From Pocillopora damicornis (taxonomy: Eukaryota), in NCBI RefSeq assembly GCF_003704095.1, contig NW_020847079.1:186001-250000 (forward strand): a stretch of 64,000 nt of DNA, given 5' to 3'. This document shows, one piece after another, positions 11,549 to 25,855 of the stretch; the first letter of the stretch is position 1, and every line of letters starts with the position of its first letter. Below the pieces are notes generated by a model that saw nothing but the letters and a program-made list of their open reading frames with translations, made no database searches and was not told the origin of the DNA. A program made the translations under genes and the position numbers.

Positions 11549-14500
11549 ATGTCTTATCGCGGACGAGGATACAGTAACCAACATCAACAACGTCGAGCGT
11601 TGGCTAATGGCTTGAGACAAGCACCGCCTTTTCCAGCCGATAGCAACAGCGATCTGGAAGACAACGATCATGTCAGATTTCCAGAAATTGACAGAGATAT
11701 CAGGGATAGAAAACCGCAAAAGAGAGATGGTAAACTTAACTACAATAGTCGCATTCCATTGCCAGCAAGGAGCAACGAAGGTGCAGCGAACGAGCTCACC
11801 GCAGGCGAGCCCAGAAACTTCAGAACACGAAATTTTAACTCATCAAATCCTGAATTTCCTAATAATTCTACCTCAGATCCAGCAGCTAGAGACCAGCGAA
11901 AAAGTAGAGTAAATGCTGTCAAGAAAATCACTTTCTATAGAAATGGGGACAAACATTTCAAAGGCGTCGAAATGGTCGTGACTAGGCAACGCTACCGATC
12001 TTTCGAGACTATTGTAGATGACCTTTCGAAGGCAATTCCACTTCCGTACGGAGTAAGAAATGTGTTCTCGCCAGGTGGAAGTGTGATTACAACTATCAAC
12101 CAGCTAGAGGATGGAAGGCATTATATCTGTTCTTCGGGAGACCAACTTATTAAAAATGTGAGCTACGGCGAAAAAATGAAGGATAAGCCTCGGTCGCTCG
12201 ATGTGGAAAGCTTCTCTGGAGGATCTTCGCATTCTTCCTCTAGCAGGGATTCAAAGTTTGGCGGGAATTCCGATAGAAATCCGAAACCGCGCGTTATAAC
12301 TATCGTGAGTGAGCGCGACAGAAACAAGAAATGCAAAATTTTGTTGAACACGAAAACCGTCAAAAGTTTTGATGCTGTTTTAAAGGACATTTCTGACATG
12401 TTGAAATACTCTGTCAAGGAACTGCGCAATGTAGAAGGTATCAAGGTGAGGCTTAAGTTAATTTTCGTTCATTCGGCAAGCTTCGCTGATTTCCTACGAA
12501 AACAAAATCATCACTGCCGCGTGAAAGATAGATTAACCGTTAAGAGTTACTCTTTTTCGTTCCGATTTAACGGAACTCTTGAGCGATTTTGATTTTCGTT
12601 TATTTTTTAGGTCATGGGTAGAATTTTTTTTTCGAAATCACAGAAAAAGGCTACGTGCAATAGGGAATTTAACCAAAATTATCCTAAACGTTGAAACCAG
12701 ATCGGTCTAATTTCGTTGACAAATATTGTCTACAAGACTTAATAGCCACCTGTCTGCTTTTGCACAATGCATCAAGCACCGTCCTCGAATAGATAGATAA
12801 ATGGACATTAAATTGGGTAAATCAAATTATGCTCTCTCTTATCTTGCCATATTTTTCCAAATTATTTTTTAACTATTTGATGAAAGCAGTTAGTCGGTCA
12901 AGAACTGAGGCAGGCGGGCCTTTTGACATTGTGGAATAGAGATGGCTGCTTATTATGAAATTACTTGTTTTTAATTATTAATAGTATTTGGTTGCTAGTT
13001 TTAATGCATGTTTTTTAGCACAAGTTTATTATTGATGTCTAGAAGATGAAGTGAATTTTGCAAAATTGATCTCTTACCTTGGAAAATTTTGATGATCTTT
13101 TGAAACATAATTATTATTATTATAAGTGGATAATTTCTTGAGGGAGTGTAATTAAATTAAATAAATTTGCATAATTCACCCCTGGGAGAGCTGGTATACC
13201 AGTGCAAAGAAGGGAGATTGTAATCTTTACAAAAAAGATGTGTGGAAATGGATAAACATTTAGTGGGAAAGGATTTAACTCAGTGACTCAGGGATTTCAA
13301 AACAAGCAGATGACTGCTGGAGTTCCACCAGCTACTTGATAACATTTTGCTGGTTACTCTAGTCAAAATAGTTACCTTTTGGCCCTTAACTCTTTAACTC
13401 CCAAGATCTGATTGTTAATTCTCCCCTCTAGCTGTCTCACATTTCCTTGTGAATTAGTTATGAGAACTTGGTGCTAGATCAAGGTAGCAGCTTCTACCTG
13501 ATAAGTTTAAATATTCTCATTACCTGTTTGCTGAATAATGTATAGATATCATAGGAAGAAGTTTAATGTTAATCACTTCTGGGACTAGACTATTGGCACT
13601 ACTTTGATGAAAATCCAGCTCTTTAATGGGCTGACAAACACTATCTGTATGGTCAAACATACCAATTAGTAGAAAGTTGTTTCTTCATGCAAATCTCTTT
13701 GAGTATATTAGTGACACACTGGGCTGCACCTGTGCCTCATTTTGTTCTCACCAGATTTTGACCTAATCTATGATATACTTTGAACAGATGTATGGCACCG
13801 TAGACTTTAATTGTTAAATAGGGTATTCTGTTTTCCAGGTAAAAAGTCTCTCACAGTTATATCGGGATGCTGATACATTTATTGCTAGTAGCACAGAACA
13901 AGGTTCTAAGAGAAACTTGTCTAATCCATCATCTAATAGTAGTAACCATTCAGGATCTCCACCTCAAAGAAATCGTTTTCAAAAGTCCAAGAAGAAACCA
14001 AGGGAAGAATCAACTGGTATGTGGCTCAACACCTTAACTGTAGGCTTCTTACATTTTTACTTAGATGCAGTGAAATAGTATTGAATGTAAAAGTTAGGTT
14101 TGGTCCGTTTCAATTTAGACTCCAAAGGGCATACATGCACTAGTGCAAGTCTTTCGGCATTTTGTCGCAGTTGAAAGGCATGTGAGATACTCTTGACCTT
14201 TTGACCTGTAAGAGTGACTAGCGTCTACTTTCTCTCTACAGTATTACCCCCTGAATCAATTATTAATGTCACAAGAATAAATGAAATGATTACGAACTTA
14301 AGAAGCTCTTGATTGTTGAACAAATTCTCCTTGTCGGCACCATAGGAATATATAGAGAACATTAAGGAGAATATACATACAGGTACTTATGTTCAAGGAT
14401 AATAGATAAAGAAGGGACAACCTTTTCCACATGCTTTGCAAATGTTTTTCACTTGCATTTCACTAAGAAAATTTCATATGCATGTTAAATTTTCATGTGA

Positions 14501-17500
14501 AATAAGTGTGAAAAGAATGCAAAGACTGTGCCAAGAATTTACCACTAGGAGCATCTCAGTATAAGAAACACTTGTCCATTGATATTGTAGTTATGTGCAA
14601 AAAATGTGTAAATAATATACATACATACACACATACATACATACACACATACATACATACACACATACATATATACTTTATTCATCCCAAATGGGCTTTT
14701 CAGAATAAAGAAATAATTAAAACTATATACTAATAAATTAATGGGCTAATTAACCAGTAAATAAATAACATAATCAAATTAATTAATCAATTAATTAAAT
14801 TAAAATAACAAAAGCAATTAAGTCTCTAAAAAGGTTTGAGGTAAGGCTTCTCTTCAGGCAAAGTTTGAAGTCCTTTAGTGTCGGTTTCAACTTAAGAGCA
14901 GAGTCCAATGAGTTCCAGAGTTTGTCCTGAAGTAGAAAGTTCTTTGTCCTGTGGCAGTTTTATACAAAGGAATATTTAGCATCTGGGAGTTCCTCATTGT
15001 ACACTTAGTGATGGTAGCTCTTTGGATTTACTTAGAAAATAAAGAGTCTAGAGCACACCCAGTCATGCATTTAAAGGCCATTATTGTATGGCAATAATGC
15101 AACTGCTGTCTTACATGTGATTCTCTCTTTTCAGTTAAAAGCCAAGTTGTGACCATAAAAGTAAAAGGACGTGTACATACTTATCATCACACATCAGATT
15201 TGGATAACTATACAATTGATGAGTCTCCAGTATCACCACCAGACTCCAAGCTGCAACTCTCTTGGGTGTATCTTTTCTATACTTAGACCATATATTACAT
15301 TAACCCTTTAACCCCTCAGAGTGACCAAAATCTAATTTCTCCTTAAAATATCACCCCTGAATGAAATATTAAGGTCATGAGAATGAAGGAGTTGATCACC
15401 AACTAAAGAAGCCCATGATGGTAGAACAAATTCTCCTTGTCAGCACCATAGGAAATGTATAGGGAGCAGTGTGGAGAATATGCATACTGATGTTATGGAG
15501 TAAAGGGTTAAGAGATGAAGTAACTTGGGACTAGTATAAAGAAACCAGTGAATGTCCTCCAGGTTGGAATAAAAAATTGAATGAGACTATTAAATTTTAG
15601 TTGGAGAATTCTCCTTTCAAGATAGACTGCCTCAAAGGTCAATGATATAACCTGTGACAAAGAATTATAAGTGCTGCTATATGACCCTTGACATTTGATT
15701 TAGATATGGATACCATGGCAAAGACAGTTATAATAATTTACACATCTTACCATCTGGAGAAATACTTTATTTTGCTGCTACAATGGTGGTCATATATAAC
15801 AAGTCAACAAACACTCAGCGGCATTACACTGGACATGCTGATGATATTAAATGGTATGCAATGTGCTGCAGGTTATACAGAAATCATGACATCTATTTTG
15901 AGCTTAAAACAGTCACCTACAATTGATAAATATTATATATTTCTAGAAAACTTGTTAACTCTGATTGGTTAACAATCTCTAATAGTGATGAAAAGTTGGT
16001 CTGAAAAGCACAGATTAAATGAAAATTGAGGTAACAAATAGTCAGCACAGTTTGGTGCAGGCAGATGGTGGTTTGTTGGTTAGCAAGCAAAAGTAATTTT
16101 CAATGAAGTGTTAAAAGTAATCAGGGATTGCTTTGGGTTCGCTTTCCCTTCTCTGTGTTTGGTCCAGAAAACTTGCACCATTTTCCTTTCAAACCAAATG
16201 CATAACTAAACCAATCACAACTAGAAGTAACTGATTAATATATCTGTAAATTTCTTCTACCCAGCATGGCTGTTCATCCCAATCAGTGGTATATTGCAAC
16301 AGGACAGGCATGTGGGCTATCAGTAGACCAAAATGAACTTGTAAGTTATAGAACTTTTAAAATGATTGAATGCTAATTAAAATTATCAGTAATTGTTGAC
16401 AAAATGTTATAACTTGTCCTTAGATAATTTATCAGTCACTTTGCTCCGATCTTCAGCAGTTAGTTACTAGGATAAATGTAGATGGGTTTCCCAGTCAAGG
16501 AGAGGTATTGTGGATAAACAGCCAAGTTGTTTTCCTTTTAGCTGGCTTTTCTCCAACAAATTATTGGTTTTAAAGTAAAATGAAGTTAGAAGTAGTTTTC
16601 ATAAAAGTTAAAACTGCCAAGACATTTATTATAAATATCTTTAATTTGCACAGAGTCATATCAGGATCTGGGATGCAGAGACACTAATCACATTAGCTGT
16701 TCTGGCCCTTCAGGAGTACAGTTTGAGTGTTTCCTCCTTAGCATTTTCTCTGCAGGTAATTTACTTTGTTTTCAGACTGTTATTCTGTCAGGCATGCAGT
16801 CACTGCCCCACAGCTAGCATTTTACTTGTTTTCTAAATCATTTTTGCTAAGCACCAACAAATTAACAACTCTCTCCACTTGACTCTGATGATGACCACTG
16901 CTTAAAATCCACTCTGTGTCAACAACAACAGTTGCTTTTTGCATCAGACTGTGCAATCAACCAACAAGAACTACAGACTATCGATGAAATTTTTGGATTT
17001 ACATAATTAAATTGAATTTGAACATCCTCACAGTAATGGAAACATTATCTTATGAAGAGTAGTTTCCCTATCAGTTGTGGAGGGGAAGTCATTTTCCTCC
17101 CCACAAATGTGTTCTCATCTGTGCTCATCATCTCTTTCAACTGCTTATCTGATTTTTTAATGAAAAATGAGTGAAATACTGGCAGGCATAAGGATGTTTT
17201 GCCAGTTAAGATGGTCAATGACACATAAAACTCAGTTTCTTACTTACCGGTTATTTTCAAATTGTTAACAGGATAATGGGAAACAACTGGCCTGTGTGGA
17301 TTCACTGGATGATGAGCATCATCTCACTGTGTGGGAATGGGAAGAAAGAGCAATAACACAACAGAGCAAGGTGCAAAGACGGAATTAATTTTTGCTTGTA
17401 CATCTTAAATTTTTTGGGGCATTGAAGAAAAATCAGAGTATCTGTAACTCCTGCTAGATCAACAAACTTAACTACAGAAAACTTAAGACCAAGTTAGGCC

Positions 17501-20500
17501 ATTCATTATGTTCATATGTTCAAACACTCTGCAAACTGTTAGACAGTGTAGAGTGGTCTAAAATAAGGTGATGACTGAACTCTTTGAACCCTAACAGTAA
17601 CTAGCATCTAATTTCTCCTTACAATATCAACCCTGAATCAAACATTGAGGTCACAAGAATTTAAGAAATGATCACCAACTAAAAAAGCTCTTAATTGTTG
17701 AGCAATTTAATGTCATTAGGGCCACCCCCACCACCCAGGAAATGTATACATAACAGTATGGAGAATTTGCATACTGATGCTAAGGTGTTAAGTATTGATG
17801 GGACTAAAAGAATTCCTTTTATGGAAATTAGGGTCAGTCTAATGCTATTGTGGCAGTCGTCTTTGATCCTGATGACAGCAAGACTCTTGTCACTTGTGGA
17901 AAGGAGCATGTCTATTTCTGGAGACTTCACAACACAAGACTAGAGAGGAAAAGTGGCTATTTTGAGGTGAATCTATTGGTACTCATTCAACGTGAACCTT
18001 TAATTTTAACTTGTATAGTGAACCCAAGGTTTCTTCTTGCTTGCAACTTGTAGTTATAAATTCTAAGACTGATTTGAATAAGTCGGTAATTTGGCCAGGC
18101 ATGGTATATACCAGCTACTTAACCCTTTAGCCTCTAAGAGTGATTAGCATCTAATTTCTCCTAACAATATCACCCCTGAATTACACATTAAGGTCCTGAG
18201 AATAAGGGAAATGATCACCAGCTAGAGAAGCTCTTGATTATTAAACAAATTATCCTAGTTGACACCTTGGGAACTGTATAGAGAACAGTATGGAGAATAT
18301 ACAAACTGATGATAGGGCGTAAGGGGTTAAAACTCCAAAAATGTTTTTTTTCACCTTAATGTTGAATTTTAATCATGTTTACCATTACAGAAATATGAAA
18401 TTCCCCAGTACTTTACATGCTTAGAGTTTTCACCCAGTGGAGACGTCATTACTGGTGACTCTAATGGTTCCATCACAGTTTGGGGAAAAGGTAACTTCTT
18501 ATAAAAATAGTCCAGTGCATTTTTTACTATTATTGCTATGAAGTTGAATCATCTCCACATATAGAATTGTAAAAAAGGACTAACTAAATTTGGGTCTTTT
18601 AATTTCATTGGATTTCAGTGTCAAAGAAGATCAAGTTTGTTGTTAGAAATGCACATGAGGTAAGATTTGTTTCCTTAGACTATAAATTTTGTCACTTTGA
18701 TAATTGAATTCACATAGAAATCCACCTTTCCTCGTGCCCATCTCAGTAGCTGTGATGTGACTACTTTATTTTCTTTGATCTCTCCTTTCCATCTCATTCT
18801 CCTTACCTTTCCTTTTCCCCTTTCATCTGCTGAATCATACCACTTAAGTTCCTTCCTGCCACCCTTATCCTCTCTCCCTTAGCTCCTCATCTTTTCACCA
18901 TCAGCATTCTTCCTCCTCCCTCTCTTCCTTCCTTCTCATTCAGCCCTCTGCCTTCCTTACTTCTCCCACTCCCTATCCTTCCCCCCTTACCCTCCCCTTC
19001 TCCTTCCTTTGTCATGTCTCCTTCCTCTCCATCCAATCTCTCCCCTCTGCTATCCAGATTGTCCATCTTCCATCTTCCCTCCCTGTTACCTTTTTTCCAC
19101 TTTTTTTTCATTATTGATTCTATTTTTCTGTTCTCTTGTCCTTCTTTTCTTCCTTTTTATGTTGCTTCTTTTTCTTTCTGCTTCTGTCCAAGGAATCATT
19201 TCCTTCATTCATCCATGAATAACAGTACTGTCAATACAGCAACTTAAGATTGTATTTTTCATTTTTATCTGCAGAAAAGTATTCTAAGTCTAAGGTTACT
19301 TGAAAATGGGACTCTGTTAAGTGGTGGCTTGGATGGCAGACTTGAAGCTTGGGATGCTAACAAATATTTTAATACACCACTACATGAAATTCAGGTGAGG
19401 AAAACACTTTCTATCCAACATGTTGTTCTTTCATAGGAAAAACTGTCATCACTAGAAGAGCATGTGGGGCTTATATTAAATGTTACTAGCTTTAAAATAT
19501 TTTGGTGTTATTTCTCAGCTTGATAGTAATTTTGGGGGAATCTGTGCTATTGAACCATTGCATTCAGGCCATGGAGATGACATCAGTGTTATTCTCGGAG
19601 TGACAAGTAATGATGTTGTAGAGGGCTCTCTGAATACTACCTATCATCCAATTGTTCAGGTATGAAACAAAACCCTTTTTAGGTATTACTGATTTGCCAT
19701 TGATAAATCTCAGAAAAATGGAGACACTAGTATCAATATGCAGAATGTGTGGTCCCTTGAAATTGCTTTCCTTGTGCAATATTTGGGGTTTACATCTATA
19801 TAGGAGCCAGTCTTTTTTCAAGTTGCTCTGCACAAATTCCTCAGGCTCTCTATTCATGCATTTCAAGCGGGTGATACTCTTGGCACTGATCACAGAAAAA
19901 TTTCCCAGTGTACTAGATATAGCAATTATGAAAAACCAATAATTATCTAACTTGTCATTTATCAAATTGTTAAATGTACAGGCACTTTCTTGTTTACCTT
20001 TTATGACAGTTTTAGACCAATCACACACAGCAAAAGTAATTCATGGACTGCAATTGCAGAAGATCAAAAATACCATAATGGAGATTTTTTCATTTGCAAT
20101 GCCTTGTTCATGTGGAAAAGATCTAGAGCTTAACAACAGCTTTTATATCTTCATGTAGAGTCATAAGGATGAAGTTCATGCCCTAGCGGTACATCCTAAT
20201 GAAACACAGTTTATCAGTGCATCTCTTGACCACACAGTCTCTTTGTGGGATGCTGAAACTCATCAGGTTATTTGGACGATCAGTGTGGAGGTAAGCTATC
20301 ACAGTTTCTGCTTGAGCCATGTTTATTCCTTTAATTCCTAGAAGTGATTAACAAGTTCTCCCCATAATATCACACATTATCCAGCAAGCAGGTAATGAAA
20401 ATACTTAAACTTATCTGGCAGAAGTTGTTATCTTGATCTAACACCAAATTCCTGTGACTAATTCACAAGTAAATGAGTAGCAGCTAAAGGAGAGAATTAA

Positions 20501-23500
20501 CAATCAGATCATGGGAGTTAAAGGGTTAAGTAAGAGTTAGTAACTTTTGTTTGAACCTTTTCACTCCCTTTTCATTCTCCAAACTGTCTGCCACACAATT
20601 CATATGATTTTATACTTACATCGTTTGGAGAATTTGGTATTGGATCAATTTTGGTATTGGATCAATTAATCAACATTTCTAAAATTAGGAAGTACCTCAC
20701 TGAGGAAACTACAGAAATTCTTGTTCATGCATTTGTTAGTTCAAAACTAGATTATTGTAACTCTTTATTGTATGGCCTCCCTAAGCATACAATTAGTAGT
20801 TTGCAGTCTGTGCAAAACACGGCTGCTCGTATCATTACTTTAACCAAGAAATCTGATTATATCACCCCTGTATTGATTCAACTGCATTGGTTACCTGTTC
20901 ACTTTCAGATTCTTTTTAAAGTTTTATTGTTAGTTTATAAGGCCCTAAATGGTATGGCACCATTATATATCACGGAATTACTTAGTTATCATACATGTTC
21001 ACGTATGTTACGCTCTACTGATCAAAAATTTCTGGTGGTTCCAAAGTCAAGACTTAAAACATACAGAGACAAGGCCTTTTCCGTTGCTGCACCTAAACTC
21101 TGGAATGAGCTGCCATTAGATCTTAGAAGTTTAGACTACACTTGACTATCCCTACTACTCTCTTTTCTCAAGAGTGAAAATGGGTATTAGTGCTCTTTTG
21201 ATGAAAGCTGATGAAATGCAGGGCAGAAGGGGAGAGGGTGCAAAACTTGTGATGGACTAAAATCTCTCCAGAGGAATTAAACAAACTGTGCGTAGTGCTG
21301 TAGAACTAGGATGAGCACCAGATGGATAGGCCTTTCAGCTTGTGTTTAGATTAAACCTTTAGATTAATTACCTTTTTCAGACATGTGGACTATCAACAGT
21401 TGAAGATCTCAAGCACTGAATGAATTATTAATTTTGATCTTCTTTATTCTAGTTTCCTGTCAAATCAGCAGCTTTCTATTCCACTGGTGATGTGTTAGCT
21501 TTGGGAACAACTGTGGGAAGGTATAAGTTAGAGTAAAATTAGACTTTTTGGTTGTTATTTAGAAACTGCTTAATCACCAAATTTTCAACTTTTTCAGGTG
21601 GATTGTGGTGTCGTGTGAATCAGGTATGCACATTGCTTCATTCCAAGATGGAACAGACCCTCTACCTGATCTGGAATATGCTAAAGGTATGGTTACTTTT
21701 CACCTGACTAAAACATATCATGGCTGCACCAATCCACGTGAGTTTATTGCTTTAAACCTTTAGCTACCAGAAGTGATCAACATGCAACTTCTTCCTATAA
21801 TATCCATATATTATCCAGTAAACAAGTAATGAGAATACTCAAACTTATCAGGTAGGAGTTGTTATCATGATCTAACACCAAATACTCATACAGTAGCAGA
21901 TTTACAGGGATATGTGTAGCAGCTAGAGGAGAGAATTATCAATCAGGTCTTGGGAGTTAGAGGGTTAAGAACTTGATGTTTGGAGAAGTTTCTTAGTTTG
22001 TTTTGTGACAGAGGCTGGTTTAATTTCTAAGCTCTTTAACTAGGAATAGGATTGACTTAATTCTCTGCTCACTAGTATTTTATGGACTAAGATAAATTTT
22101 TATGTAGTGTAAGTGTAATTAACTGAAAGCACTATTCTTAATCATCTTCAGTAGAACAACATTATTTCAATAACTCTTTTTGGATATGAAATGAGTGAGA
22201 AATGTGAGGTCATGGAACTTCAGTAATGATCCTGAATGATAAAACATGTTTAACTTAATAAATAAAAGTAAAACTGTTTGACTTTTTATCAGATGGAGAG
22301 CACATTGCTATTGCCTCTCAGGATGGCAATATTTCTGTTCATGCAGTCTATGATGAGGGTACAACTTACAGGAGAGTTGGCACATGTTCGGTAAGTCCAT
22401 ACACACTCAAGTCAGATGTAATTTATCATCACCAACTGAGTTGATGATATAAATTGGCCACATAAAGAGTTTTGAAGCTGACATTTCAAGCTTTAGCCCT
22501 TCATCAGACCAACTGGTGAAGGGCAAGTTGACCAAAAAGATGTTCAAAATTTCAATTTGTAGTTAGCTGTAAATTATAGTTGTTATTTTCTGAAAGAAAA
22601 GCATTTGAATTTTATTGGGAAGAATCCAATCATCTCTCTCTCTCTCTCCCAACAGGGGCATAGCGAACCAATTATGTTTTTGGATTGGTCTCTTGATGGC
22701 TGCTTCCTTCAGAGTTTGTCTGTTGACTACGAACACATTGTTTGTAAGTGAATCAAGTTTATCTATAATATACACCTCACCTTTACCATGGTGGTGTAAA
22801 CTCCCACCATGGTGTTTCAAACTTTTGCTGTGGCAATTAAAAATGTTTTTCTGTTCCTCCTCTTACCAATGCGAAAGTGAATGTTGCTCAGCATAAATCT
22901 TGTGGAATTAAGGAAACTTCATCTGCCAGTCCTTCCTAAAGTGACTGTCCAATTAACCTTCATTCAAGTGGATAAAGAAAATGAAAATAATATCACTGAG
23001 GGAATATCAGCTTGATTGAATAACAAAGAAATTTACCATACTCAGTTGGGAGAATTAACTTTATACCTTGGTTAATGTGCTTCTAATCCTCTTTTTCAGG
23101 GGAGATTGGTGGATTTCTGAGAGAAGAGTCACAAGATGTTATCCGCGATATTGACTGGTCCACAAGAAATGTCATGTTAGGATATGATGTAGCAGGTATG
23201 AAATGGGGAAAGTGGGTGCTGGATGAAAAATGTGAAATTGTGAGAAAAATTTTACCATTTTCCTAGCCTTCATATTAGACTACACAGATGGTAAGAACAG
23301 GAGGTCTTAGGTCAAAGCCAATCCAATGTCTCAGGTAAAGTGTATAACTTTGGAAAGGCAAAACGACAAAGATATTTATCAATAACATAGTTCAGTTTAC
23401 TGCTCTGAAAATGTGACAAAATGCTAGTACAAACCATTAATAAAGAGAATTATTGTAATGTACAAAGATCCAAGGGATGATACCTCTTTTAAGTTTATGA

Positions 23501-24970
23501 AACTCTGCACCAATGGCTGGCAAATTTTTGACAGCTGTAGAGAATATTCTTTAACAGTTGAAACATTTTTTTCATGATAATTCCTATATCTTTCATCACT
23601 TACTTATGCAGGAGTGTGGCCTTCTCAACCAGATGATGGAAATTTAGTGAATAGTTCTGACCTGTCATGGTCACGTGATATTTTTGCTGTAGGAGATGAG
23701 TTGGGATATATCCGTCTGTTTAGATTCCCATGCAGTCAACCAGGGGTGAGTGATAAGTCATTTATTGAAGTCTTTGTAACCATATAGTTTAACTAAGATG
23801 TTGAAGACTCCTTCAAGATGAGGATAAATTCAAAGTCTAGATCAAAATAAGACTTGGCGTATTTCTATACGTGTATTGTATTTTATCATGATGTTAGTAT
23901 TTCTTTTTCCTTGTAATTATTATAATTTTTATGAATAAAAGTGAAATTGCTGTTATCTAGTTAACAGGTGGAGTAACATTCAATGATTTCATGTGATTAC
24001 CTGCTAAATTATAAGGGTAGTCCAAAAAAAGGCTGTGTTGGGGACAGTAACTGATGCTTGTACAACATTTTATTTCAACTAATTGAAAATCAGTAGTTAT
24101 CAAAAACCAGACTCAACTCTTGACTTAAATGAAGACTTCTATCCAATCACATGTTATTGAAATTTTAGTCCCTGTCACTGACAACCCCTTTTCAATACCA
24201 TCTCACCTGGCCAATAGCACTTGTCAGTATTATTATTGTTCATTTATGATTATATTTTTTTGAAGGCTCACTATCACCAGTGGCGAGGTCATAGCTGTCC
24301 TGTCACACGGATGCTCTTCCTATCATCAGACACCTACCTCATAACAACTGGCAGTCGTGATTTCTGTATTCTTCAGTGGTCAGTAGAGGGAAAGGTTCCT
24401 GTCTTTCAGGAGGAGGAGGAGTATGGCATGGAAAACAACATGGTCCTGACTGGTGGGCGTCCAAAGGAAAGGCGAAGACTTTCAGACAATGAGAGCTACC
24501 ATTCTGATTATAGTGCTGAAGAGCAAGAGAACAATGACTATAATAAACGCTATACTAATGCAGCAAGAGGCAAACAAGTAATAAGGCGGCAACAGCCCAT
24601 TGAAGACAGGTATGCTGATGAGGAACCCCCCAATCAAATGCATCCAACAAGAAAGACACATCTCAGTCACCCAATGGATGATCCTAAACCTGGGGGAAGA
24701 AGTCCTAGACGCAATTTCCCAACCCAGAGCATCAGATCACAGCAAGGATCATATTCAGAGAAAATGACAAAAAATAAAGGTGTCAGTAATGCAAAGTGGA
24801 ACCAACAATCTCCTGATTATCCTGAGGAAGAGTCTGCAGACCTGGAACAATATTCTGATGAAGAAAGCCCAAGACAGCATCAAGGACATGGTGGTAGGGG
24901 TGGGGGTAGAAGCCACCACCCAATGGCAAGAGGACAGGATAGAGATTGGGACAGGAGGCAGCGGAGGTAG
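11549..24970 (+). CDS. Doublecortin-domain-containing EMAP-like protein (2 DCX + HELP + WD40/TAPE + disordered tail), 20 exons: 11549-12445, 13839-14016, 15135-15267, 15704-15853, 16265-16340, 16654-16755, 17272-17370, 17832-17966, 18391-18490, 18619-18659, 19275-19394, 19519-19659, 20159-20290, 21453-21520, 21598-21686, 22293-22390, 22656-22743, 23100-23195, 23612-23745, 24266-24970
   Basis: DCX1 is ITFYRNGDKHFKG...LPYGVRNVFSPGG...LEDGRHYICS, and DCX2 is KPRVITIV...KILLN...SFDAVLKDIS. The HELP motif reads PPDSKLQLSWVYGYHGKDSYNNL. EML-type WD repeats include HYTGHADDIKCMAVHP, TCGKEHVYFW, GDVITGDSNG, GHSEPIMFLDWS, GDELGYIRLFRFPC and GHSCPVT. Exon phases are consistent. Confidence 0.92.
14617..15115 (-). 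mobile_element. 3' end of a CR1/L2-like LINE with a (TGTA)n microsatellite tail
   Basis: The minus strand encodes a decayed RT C-terminus (IMAFKCMTGCA...RNSQMLNIPLYKTATGQRTFYFR...LWNSL). It is followed by an AT-rich 3' UTR and the TACA/CACA repeat at 14617-14670. Confidence 0.7.
15268..15703 (+). other. U12-type (minor spliceosome) GT-AG intron within the HELP motif
   Basis: 5' splice site GTATCTTTT (consensus RTATCCTTT). Branch sequence CCCTTGAC at 15685-15692, about 12 nt from the AG. No polypyrimidine tract. Splicing restores W-V-Y-G-Y. Confidence 0.75.
18770..19215 (+). repeat. Intronic polypyrimidine (C/T-rich) low-complexity tract
   Basis: About 450 nt almost entirely of C and T, with CCTT/CTCC motifs. 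It explains the spurious ORFs at 18887-19247. Confidence 0.85.
20668..21140 (+). mobile_element. L2/CR1-type LINE reverse-transcriptase C-terminal fragment in an intron
   Basis: ISKIRKYL...LVHAFVSSKLDYCNSLLYGLP...LQSVQNTAARII...ITPVLIQLHWLPV...AFSVAAPKLWNELP is the classic post-RT region of L2/CR1 ORF2. It is 5'-truncated and abuts a partial MITE. Confidence 0.88.
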
Positions 24971-25596
24971 CAGCAGAGTTACAAGACTAAAAAAGAAACT
25001 TTTTTGTATCACTGAAATGGGGGATGAAGACTAAGATTAGTAGTAAACATTAATTGCAAGAACTAAGAGAGACCTGTGTTCACTAAGCCTGATGGACACT
25101 TTCAGCCTACAGAAAAACAAACAAACAAACAAAAACCCAAGTTTGAGAAAATGAAAAGCAAATTGCTGGACATTGTTTGTCTACTGAGTTGCAGGCCACA
25201 TGCCAGGAAAACTAAGGCAATTTAGGAGGGGTGGGGTGGGGGGAATGTACAGAAATTTACATCATTCAGTTTTTCCACTGAGCCTTTGAACTAAGGTTTT
25301 AATATTAAGGATGACTTCGAAAACATAATAGATAAGTTAATCAATTTATCAAAGTACTTTTGGCTTATTTAACTTAATATTGTCTTTACATGGCAAGGAC
25401 TCCCCTAATATCAATGGCAAATGTGTTATTATCAGAGGTTATGGAATACACTCAACCTCATTGACAGCTTTGCAAGGCACAAAATATATTTCAAAATTTC
25501 TCACTCAAAATTTATGTAATTGTTTACTGGTATTGTAAGAACTTATGCAAAAATGCAAACAAAATCACTCCATAAATGTACATCTCCACCACATAG

Positions 25597-25855
25597 TACA
25601 AGTGGAACCCTGCTAACTCAAACTTAGTGAACTCAAACCCCCCAGTTACTCAAACAAGATCTAATTTCCTTCTACCTATTTTTTGGGTTATTTACTATCA
25701 GCTTACTCAAACCTGCACTAACTCAACCAATTTTTGTTCCCCCACTAACTCAAACAAGATCCAGTCTCCCTTGATCCCATTTTTCAGTCATTTCCTGTTA
25801 GCTTGAAATTCTGCTAACTCAAACAATTTTGTTTTCCTTGGGAGGCTCTACTGTA
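25597..25855. mobile_element. Tc1/mariner(pogo)-like MITE with internal TAACTCAAAC repeats
   Basis: Ends TACAAGTGGAACCC...GGGAGGCTCTACTGTA (TA-flanked, CAGT-like termini). About six internal (T)AACTCAAAC/TACTCAAAC copies. Confidence 0.55.

Noticed and set aside
18887-19247. G/E/K-rich and F/L-rich ORFs
   Set aside because: Artefacts of the polypyrimidine low-complexity tract.
20651-21145. 164-aa ORF as a nested host gene
   Set aside because: It is a truncated LINE ORF2 tail, and its apparent start comes from a small duplication at the MITE junction.
24968-25020. Stop-codon readthrough at TAG-CAG of DCX-EMAP
   Set aside because: The context does not match the CARYYA or TGA-CTAG motifs, and the extension would be only ~14 unremarkable residues.
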